This document shows positions 56,125-64,000 of a stretch of DNA of 64,000 nucleotides, in pieces; position 1 is the stretch's first letter, and each line of letters begins with the position of its first letter. A program made the position numbers and the translations under genes. The notes beneath the pieces are model-generated. The model saw only the letters and a list, made by a program, of their open reading frames with translations, had not been told where the DNA came from and ran no database searches. This DNA is from Spirochaetota bacterium (GTDB taxonomy: Bacteria > Spirochaetota > UBA12135 > COTS27 > CBDBHE01): the NCBI GenBank assembly GCA_965205605.1, contig CBDBHE010000007.1, forward strand, positions 128,001-192,000, written 5' to 3'.

Positions 56125-58191
56125 ATGTCTCTTGTCAAAAATTTTCAAGATAAAGAAAACAAACATTTAAATCAAGGGTTTAAGGTTTTGGCAAAGATTA
56201 TTATTCGAGAGTTGTCTCAAAAAAAACCATTAGAAGAAATACCCAAAAAAGAAAAATATGATTTTAATCTCGGACACTCAAAAAATAACAATGTAGAAAA
56301 TGATAAAAATAAATCTTTTTACATGCTTTCAGAAGAAAAATCAAACAAAGTCCATCCCGCACAAGACTTTATAGAAGAAACGATGAGTTTTGGTGTTTTA
56401 ATACAAGAAAATCCTTGTTTGATTACTTCAAGCCAAAAATTATTTTCATTTGAAAATACCAAAGAAAAAGAAGTAATTACCTTGAAACACTAAAACATCA
56501 ATCAATCGAAATTTTCTTCAAAAGGAATAAGTGCTTTTATAAAAGCAAATACACCCATAGATATTCCTCAGTTATACAGAGATATATTTAATTACGTGAA
56601 ATGTTTTATTCATTTTCTAAGTAAAAACTATTTGTATTTTATTTCTCTTTGGGTGATTGGGACGTATTTTTTCATGGTATTTCGTTACTACCCGTATGTG
56701 CGGCTCAATACAGAAAAAGGTTCGGGGAAAATACTTTTAATGAAAGCTCTTTCCAAAACAAATTATTATGGGGGTTCTAACCAAGGATTTATCACTGTAT
56801 TATACAAAGACATCTAAATGAAAATACAAGTTTACATCCTTTCAATTAGCTTATTTGCTTTAATATTTTCCTGTAAAAAAAATCCAACATCACCTATAAC
56901 ACCAAAATTAGGAAAAAACTATACTCTGCAAGAATTTATAGATGCCAGTCCACACTTAGTTATAGTTAGGAATGAATTATTAGCATGTGCGGCTGGAGGT
57001 CAATCCGGTATCCTAACAAATGACTCTATTTCTATTTTTTATTATCCGCTTCCTGGTGCGGAACAAGTACGTTATTTTGAAAGTTCCACAGTAGATATTA
57101 GCGAAAGTGATCTTTCATATTACCGGATTAAAGAGCTTCCAATTAAACCGATCTTTAACGGTAAACTGGAAAGAATGCCCAGAGGTTCAATTAGGGAGGA
57201 TATTTGGTCACTGGTCACCTATCAAATTGACAATAAACTTTATATTTGTGATCCTATTAGATTAAAATTAGCAACAAAACCAACGCAATTTGCGCCAGAA
57301 TTATTGAGTATAGACTTAACTATTCCTACCGAACCAGTATTCAGCTGGACGGATGGGGCTATTGCTGAAAATGTAATTTATTTTGAAGTTGTTTCGGATT
57401 TATCGGAAAATATTGTATCTGGAACATATACGACGGATAGGTTTTGGCAATTTTACAAACTATCAAATGTGACTATCAATATACATAATATAAGTCCAAA
57501 CCCTACACTAATGCCAAACCAGAATTACACATTTACCTTAATGGGTGTTAGTGAAGATAATTGGGTGAACCTAATCATAAGTACCAATTTCACCACCAAG
57601 AATGAGTAGAAATTAGTATAATAAAAGTCCCTCGACGTTCTTCAAAACCAAACTATTCGCATACCACTGCTTCGAAAAAAAGAAGGTGAAGTCATTTGTC
57701 GATACAAAGAAACTTCTAAAATCTTAGCCATACAACAAAACATCTGTGATCGTTTTTATCAGTTTGCTCTCCAGTATGCTGACGAAATTTCTCGTATTTA
57801 CCACAATGAAAATCTTTTATTGCAACATACCAATCATTGCTCAATGGCGAACTCGACATATGGAAACCTATCTTTACAATAGCTCACCTCATCGGTGAAA
57901 AAGCTAATAACAACAAACTCACAGTAACAATGCAACCCATTAGTAAAAAATCTATTGAAGAAAAACAAAAAGAAAATATTTCAAGAAATGATCAATGAAA
58001 ATGAGGTTCTTCCCTTAGAAGAAAAGCCTTTCTGGTTTTTTGATGCACAAGAGATTTTAAAATACTTTCAATCTACAGAAGAGTTTGAATGGATTCAAAA
58101 AACGAATGTACTCACCATAAGGCTTAAAAAAATTAAGATTTTTTCCGAGCAAAAGCACCTTGATGGAGAAAAAAAACGTGTTTATATATAG
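56125..58191 (+). pseudogene. fragmented phage/satellite replication protein (P-loop, DUF3631-like), split by the lipoprotein gene
   Basis: LWVIGTYFFMVFRYYPY...EKGSGK at 56596-56817; later DIWKPIFTIA-like and terminal fragments at 57650-58191. Confidence 0.5.
56818..57609 (+). CDS. hypothetical lipoprotein (intact cargo gene)
   Basis: lipobox-like IFSC, 263-aa open frame, ELLACAAG, beta-rich C-terminus. Confidence 0.72.
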   Translation: MKIQVYILSISLFALIFSCKKNPTSPITPKLGKNYTLQEFIDASPHLVIVRNELLACAAGGQSGILTNDSISIFYYPLPGAEQVRYFESSTVDISESDLSYYRIKELPIKPIFNGKLERMPRGSIREDIWSLVTYQIDNKLYICDPIRLKLATKPTQFAPELLSIDLTIPTEPVFSWTDGAIAENVIYFEVVSDLSENIVSGTYTTDRFWQFYKLSNVTINIHNISPNPTLMPNQNYTFTLMGVSEDNWVNLIISTNFTTKNE

Positions 58192-58381
58192 AATGAATTT
58201 TTTAGAATTCCAAGACCTTTGTGAAAGATTTAAAATATGAAACTTAAAAATAATGCTTTTATTGTTTAGAAGTTTTAAATTTAGTCAAATAATAACTATA
58301 AATATAAACGTCAAAATGTGTTTTTTTTAATACTTCTTAGGATTAAAAACACAGTACTTAAGATTAATGTATTGGTAAGCA

Positions 58382-58807
58382 ATGAACCAAAAACAAAAGC
58401 GGTTTGCTAGGGAATACACAAAAGATTTTAATGCAACAAAGGCATCGACTAGAGCAGGCTATTGTAAAAGATCAACGAGTATACAAGGGAGTCGAATGTT
58501 AAGAAATAATAAGGTTTTAAAAGAAATCGATAAGCATGTTCAAGACTTAAAAAGTTTAAACAAAAAAGGAATAGCCAACACCTATAAAGAAATTGTCGAT
58601 TTGATTGAAGGGGCAAAAAAAGAAAATAATGTTCAACTCTTAATCCTTTCTCTTAAGATGAAAGTCGACATTGAGCTTAAATTAGAAAATTATCGAGTAA
58701 GGCTTTTACAAGCTGGGAAAACTTATCAAAATCCGATTCAAAAAATGATAGAAAAAATTTGCATGGAAAAGATTATAGCAGAATATTTTGAAAAGCATCT
58801 TTCTTAG
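58382..58807 (+). CDS. phage terminase small subunit-like protein
   Basis: KQKRFAREY.KDFNATKA..RAGY...QGSRML.N..V. Confidence 0.8.
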   Translation: MNQKQKRFAREYTKDFNATKASTRAGYCKRSTSIQGSRMLRNNKVLKEIDKHVQDLKSLNKKGIANTYKEIVDLIEGAKKENNVQLLILSLKMKVDIELKLENYRVRLLQAGKTYQNPIQKMIEKICMEKIIAEYFEKHLS

Positions 58808-59383
58808 GGATAAACAAAAGGTTTTTTTCTTACTCAAAGTCAGACCCTGTCAAAGACCCATGTTAAAAATAGAATAAAAATTTAAAAGTTCAATATAAAG
58901 CTAATCAAACTTTATATTCCTTAATCTTTTGGGCATTCGTTATAGAAGATTCCTAAAAGATTCCTATAAAAAAATAGCGTATCAAAACGCTAAAAGTTCT
59001 AAAAAAAGAAAACATCTTTTCTCAAACAAAAGAGAAAACAAGTATCGCCAAATAACAAGGAGAAATTTTATATCTGTCATCGAAACCGTCCACAAGCAAT
59101 TTTACAGGAAACTAATTCGGCTGACCAATGATCATGAAGAGGAAGATTAAAAAAATAAATACTTTGAAAGAAGGTTAAATGTGTTTTAAGATTCATACGT
59201 GGAGATTAACTTAACTACTTTACAAGCTTCTTATCAAATGGTTCAAGTTGCTAAGAAAGAAGATAAATAGAAAAGTAATCCATGGGAGCTTAAAGCTAGA
59301 AAAGATGCCAATATCAAAACAGCTGATGATTTAGAACGTTATTTTAAGAAAAACAAATATCGAATAGAAATGAGCGGGATACT

Positions 59384-59419
59384 ATCTACATAAAGTAGAA
59401 ATTATAGTGTCTCCTAAAC
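59384..59419 (-). CRISPR. single type V-A (Cas12a) direct repeat, no array
   Basis: minus strand GTTTAGGAGACACTATAATTTCTACTTTATGTAGAT (36 nt; AATTTCTAC-loop-GTAGAT handle), 149 nt downstream of cas2 after an AT-rich leader. Confidence 0.9.
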
Positions 59420-59568
59420 TCGATTGACACAATTTAAATCCATGCTGAGGAGAAAAAAAGCTCTTTTCAGTTTAAAATGACACATCTTACTTTAAGATAT
59501 CATCTAAATCTCAATTTTTTATTTTTTTTTCATCTTTATTTTAAAATAAAGACCTTGGTTTGCAAAAA

Positions 59569-59838
59569 TTAAAAAAATAAAATTTCTTTTTCTTCGTTTT
59601 CTAAATAACCATATTTCAAAATATTTTTGTTTTCAATTTCAAAAATTAAAATACTATCTCTCATAGAAAAATATTTTTTAAAAGTATTTTCTATCTCTAA
59701 TTTAATAATACCAATCATTCTCTTCGAATAATCAAGCTCGTAAACTGAATATTGTAAACGACGTCCATATTTTTTTAGATATTTTGATAATTTGCTTCTC
59801 AGTTTATTATCTGTTATATCATAACTAATCAACAACAT
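59569..59838 (-). CDS. cas2: CRISPR-associated endoribonuclease Cas2
   Basis: LISYDI.DNKLR, YG.RLQYSVYE, DSILIF. Confidence 0.93.
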   Translation of the reverse strand: MLLISYDITDNKLRSKLSKYLKKYGRRLQYSVYELDYSKRMIGIIKLEIENTFKKYFSMRDSILIFEIENKNILKYGYLENEEKEILFF

Positions 59839-59874
59839 TTAAATTGTTTCTCACTTCGAAAATAGGGTAATCTT

Positions 59875-60748
59875 CTATTTTTTCTCTTGCATAAAAGCAC
59901 GGTAATAACTTTGAATATAGGTGAAAATTTCTTCTTTTCTTTTTAATAAAGATTTAAAAAAAACTTTTGTATACTTTCTAACTTCTTCTTTCTTTAACAC
60001 ATATTCTTCTTTACGTTTCTCAAAATCTACTTCTTTAAACTGTTTTAAACCAAAAGAACTGACAATTTTTTCATCAATAAGGCATCTAAAAGGTTCTACT
60101 AAATCACAAACAAGAGATTTTCTTTGATAAAACAACTTATGGTATACGCCAACGTAAATATCAAATCCATAAAGCCTCATTAAACATTCAATAAAGTTAA
60201 ACAAATAGGTATATCCTATGTCTAAAGTTATATTTAATGGATCTTTTTTAGTACGTGGTCTTCTTCCTTGAAAATTCAACTCTTTAAAAACATGCTTAAG
60301 ATATTGTTTACTACAATTACCTTCTATTCCCAAGAGTGATTTTTCTTCTTCGATAATATTCACTTGCTTTAAAGATTGTTTTAGATTCAAAATGGTACTT
60401 TTTAAGTCATTTGATTTATTACGAATCAATTTAAGCAAATTCAATTGATTGTTAATTTTGTTTTTGACAATATGTTGAGACAGGGCCAATGTTTTAGAAA
60501 AATGATATTGCTTTAAACGCAATAAATAATTTCCCTCTGCTTCTGAGCCTATTGTTCCAATATAGTGAAAATTATTATTCATAAAAATAATAGAAAATCC
60601 ATACTTTTTACTTCGATCAAATAAAACAGAAGTTAAAGTGCTGTGCCCAACTATAAACAAAGCAAATACTTTATAAGCAGAAACTTGGTTAATGATTTTA
60701 TAAGAATCTTTTTCTTGCAGAACAATATTTTCATTTTTACTAAGCAAA
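59875..60748 (-). pseudogene. cas1: type V-A Cas1; native N-terminus missing and C-terminal frameshift
   Basis: GNYLLR.KQY, LLGIEG, N..LDIGY, GFD.Y.G.YH, SLVCDLVEPFR; EDYPIF tail out of frame. Confidence 0.85.
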
Positions 60749-61284
60749 CTAATTCTCTTTTTTTGAAATATCACACAAGTCACTATAAACACATTGATTA
60801 CACTTGTTTTTGTTGGGAATGACAAAATCTTCTAATTTAAAAGTACGAATGGCTTCTAGAATAGATTCAAAATATTTACGATTATCTGGACTAGGGGGAG
60901 GATAAAAATAATTTTTGTTATCTTCAAGGGAGTGTAATTTAAGTTTTTGAATTTCATACCCCATTTCTTTTAAACAAAAATATTGTACATATAATTGTAA
61001 AAGATATCCTTCATAAACAAACGATATTCTATTTTTTCTTTCAATTAATATTTTTTGATCATAGATATCAATTTTCCCACATAATTGATAGAGTTCACTG
61101 TAAACAGAAATCCCTGTCAAATATTGATTTGAAGAAGAATATTTTTGCTTATCTATATTTTTGTGAGCTTTTTTCCCTCGAACTTGTGAAGCATTGTGGT
61201 AAAAGAAAGAAGAAAGTGTCCCAAAAAGTTTATGAAAATAAATAGATCTAGGACAAAAAATAAAATCGTTAAGTAAGGTTCCAA
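60749..61284 (-). pseudogene. cas4: type V-A Cas4; probable out-of-frame deletion just after the start
   Basis: LNDFIFCPRSIYFH, GKIDIYD, ERK, QLY.QYFCL.EMGY, KC..C.Y..LC; probable start TTG-GAA-CCT-TA is out of frame with LNDF. Confidence 0.85.
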
Positions 61285-61359
61285 GTAATTTTTTCAACAA
61301 TAGTAAAGATACCCTTATAATCGAAACTAATCTTGACAAAAATAAGTTTAGAAAATCAA

Positions 61360-64000
61360 TCAAATATTATTTTTTTTATCTTGAATAAATTCATACCAAG
61401 CTTTATTTGAAAAATCAGCTTTTCCACTTTTTCTCATTTGTTTAATAAATAATAATCCTTTTAAAGCAATGTGATAAGCCCCATTATCATCTGTATTTTG
61501 TGGCAACCTTTCATCTGATTTTCTTGAATCAAAAAAAGATTTATTATCATCTTTAACTGGAGAAATTAAATAGTCTTCTTCTTCTCCTATCTTGCTATTT
61601 CTCATTTGTAGTGTATGACGGAGGGACTTGATTAAGTTTTCAAAAAAGTCTTTTTCTGTTTTTTTGCAAATTAAGTCTTTTAAACAAAGAGTCTTTTCAA
61701 AATCAAGATCATATTTTTGAAATAAATTTTTAAGATTTTTTGTTGGCGAAACCATTTTTGTATCCCACTGATTATTTTTCTCTGAATTTCTAAAGTTAAT
61801 TAGGCGATCTCCATAACTACAAACAACCCATTCTTTTTTTGACCCTTGGGCTTTTGTCGTAAAATCAGAATAGTCAATATGAAATTCGAAATAATCTTCT
61901 TTTTTATTAAAGCAAATCTTTTTAAATGCTTGAAAAAAGATTTGTGCTTTTTTAACGGTTTCGTATTTAGGGTATAAAAGATTTACAAATCCTGTTGTAG
62001 GACAGACTTTAGAAGTGTGATAAGCAGAAACGTAAAAAATAAACCCGCTTTGTTTTCCTAGTTTCTGAAAACTTTGAAAAGGAGCTGTCAGTTGTAAAGC
62101 GTTTAAATATCCCCCTATTTCTTGTGGTTTTTTATTTTTAAAAACTAAGAAATTAAGTTTATCAATTAACATTTTTTCTAATTTTTGATAAACTTGTTTT
62201 TCAATTTTAAAGCGTCCTCTTTTAAACCCAAAGTTTAAATCTTCAAAAACAATCATGGCGTTATGTTCAATCATTAAAGTAGTTAGTTTATGAACTACTT
62301 ACTTGAGACAAGTAACCTGCTTTTAAATCTTTAATTTTTTCAATAGTATCCCAATTTTTTCTAGCCTCAGAACGGTTTTTTTTCTTTTTCGTCTAAAAGT
62401 TTTTGATAATCTTTATTATTACCCAAAGGATTATTAAAGCTCCCTTTTAGATAACGACCTTCTTTGTCTTTTAAAATTTCTCCTTTTTGGTTGATAACAT
62501 TATAGTAGGCTAAATGACATTCTCCGCGATCAATTCCAATGAGGTTAATCTCTTTATTTTCTTTAATATAGTCTCGAACTTTTTGATTAAAATCAAATTT
62601 GTTTTTAGCTTTAAAATTACAAGAAATTGAAACATGGAATAAAAACGTATCAACAGCATACCTGCGATCTTTAATAATAGGGTGTTTTTGTTTCTTTTGA
62701 GATTCGTTTGAATGATGCCCTTTATCCCAAATATCTTTTTCATATTTTATAGAAGCTTTTCTGTAAAAAAGCTCCCCTTGACCATTGAGTTTATAAATCA
62801 CATTTTTTAAGTTTTCTTCCTTAAATAAAGCTTTCCAATAAAGGGTCTGCAAGTTAGGCCTCCCTGTAGACTTAGGAGAAAAATCTTTACTATAAATTTC
62901 AAAAAGATACAGTTCCCCTTCTCTCACACAATCATTAATATAGCTTTCTGGAATATCTCTAAAAATTACTTTATAACCAACATCACTAATTTCTTTGTAA
63001 AATTCATCAATACTATTATAAGTTTTAGATTTTAAATCAAAGCCAAATATTCTCCATTCAGAGTGTTTTTCTAGACTTTGTTTATAAAAATCAATCATTT
63101 TATTTAGATCTTCTTTATTAAAACCTTTTTGAGGGTCTCCGTTTTTTGTAAAACTTGAATGATTTCTGATACAGTGGATTTCTTTAGAAGGAGAATAAGT
63201 ATTCAAGTTTTTTTCACTAAAAAAAACTTTTGGTAACATCAAATAAGGGTCTGGTAAAAAATGATAGTCCATTTTTTGATAACATTTTTTTTCGTTAGGA
63301 AAATTTTTTTCAAAAAATAATCGATTATCGTTTTTATCCATAACCCCAAGATAATATTGGTTGTCTTTTATAAAAATAAGACTCGTATTGAGAGTTTCTT
63401 TACTTTTAGCCCAACCATTAGCAAGGCTTTCATTGTCAAAATTAAGTTTATATTTTTCGATACTATACGATTTTTTTGTTAAATAATTACGTGATTTATT
63501 ATAAAGAGGAATTATCAAACTAATGACCTCATAAAGGTCATCAAAATCACTATAAAACGCATTATCTTTTTCATAGACTTCAACACCTTTTTTTTCCTGA
63601 ATTTTAAAATGCAAGGGTTGTAAAAATTCTTGAAAACGTTTTAAAGCATCGAGATAATCCTTAATGAGTGGTTTTTCTTCTTTATCTAGTTTTAGGTTTT
63701 CTTCATCTAAGTGTTTTTTTAAAACATCTTTTGCCTTTTTATAAGTTGTTGTAATATCATCGAGGTATTTTTGAAGATATTTATTTTCTACATCCCATTT
63801 AAAATAATTAAAAAGAGATTTTTGATGAGCTTTTTTTGCTAATTCTTCTGATTTTTCTTCCTCAATAAAACGATGCTCCAAAGCTTCATGAATGACATAG
63901 AAAGACAAATAAGATTGCTTAAGATATTTTTTTCTCAGGAGCTAATTGCTGAGAATAAAGATTGATTTTTTCATTAATCCCTTGTTTTTTTTGACCTTCT
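61360..64000 (-). pseudogene. cas12a: Cas12a (Cpf1) effector, disrupted; 5' part lies beyond the window
   Basis: GINEKINLYSQQ, LYNKSRNYLT, KLNF...LANGW, MLPKVFFS, RuvC motifs IGIDRGE / IVFEDLN.GFKRGR / DDNGAYHIA; at least three frame breaks. Confidence 0.95.

Larger units (their letters stand above)
54783..64000. mobile_element. degraded genomic island (phage satellite/prophage-like) next to tRNA-Asn, running into the CRISPR-Cas locus
   Basis: recombinase, ImmA-like, P-loop replication and terS remnants directly 3' of the tRNA; many broken frames; right boundary not seen. Confidence 0.65.

Noticed and set aside
57605-57616. TAATTTCTACT (minus strand) resembling the Cas12a repeat handle
   Set aside because: Lacks the GTAGAT stem partner and overlaps the lipoprotein stop codon; likely chance.
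58929-59150. Possible transposase fragment (…ISVIETVHKQF…)
   Set aside because: Too short, with no DDE motif or terminal repeats that I can support; needs BLASTX.
58810-59383. Multi-spacer CRISPR array downstream of the repeat
   Set aside because: No second recognisable repeat copy at ~60-66 nt periodicity.
60749-60825. ORF-track N-termini of cas1 (60825) and cas4 (61363)
   Set aside because: They are non-homologous read-through of overlapping or intergenic DNA, not native starts.
61360-62274. 304-aa ORF as a stand-alone compact RuvC nuclease or split Cas12a
   Set aside because: It is the C-terminal piece of cas12a created by frameshifts and lacks the RuvC-I Asp.

Overview
Very AT-rich bacterial chromosome segment, probably Spirochaetota (a flaA sheath gene, a spirochete-type cNMP-domain protein, and OmpA and beta-barrel/lipoprotein genes). 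The backbone is housekeeping: dxs, adk, a sigma70-family factor, dnaE, cobB, a MacAB-TolC-like exporter, mgtE, a fused heptose adenylyltransferase-GmhB, rsgA, purD-purK-purE, coaBC, trhO, miaB-like, bioA, flaA, lnt and ligA. Three tRNA genes each have accessory or decaying DNA at their 3' side. (1) tRNA-Val flanks a ~7 kb islet of secreted enzymes (unknown protein, PL8-like lyase, beta-helix protein). Two unrelated genes in it share a near-identical upstream segment plus signal-peptide cassette. (2) tRNA-Pro flanks a ~1 kb islet with an HE*GH metallopeptidase pseudogene. (3) tRNA-Asn flanks a degraded phage-satellite/prophage-like island (serine recombinase, ImmA-like, P-loop replication protein fragments, terS). 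This island is followed by a decaying type V-A CRISPR-Cas locus (cas12a-cas4-cas1-cas2) with a single 36-nt repeat and no array. Several genes carry +/-1 homopolymer frameshifts that may be sequencing errors. All family assignments come from motif recognition by eye; no database searches were run.
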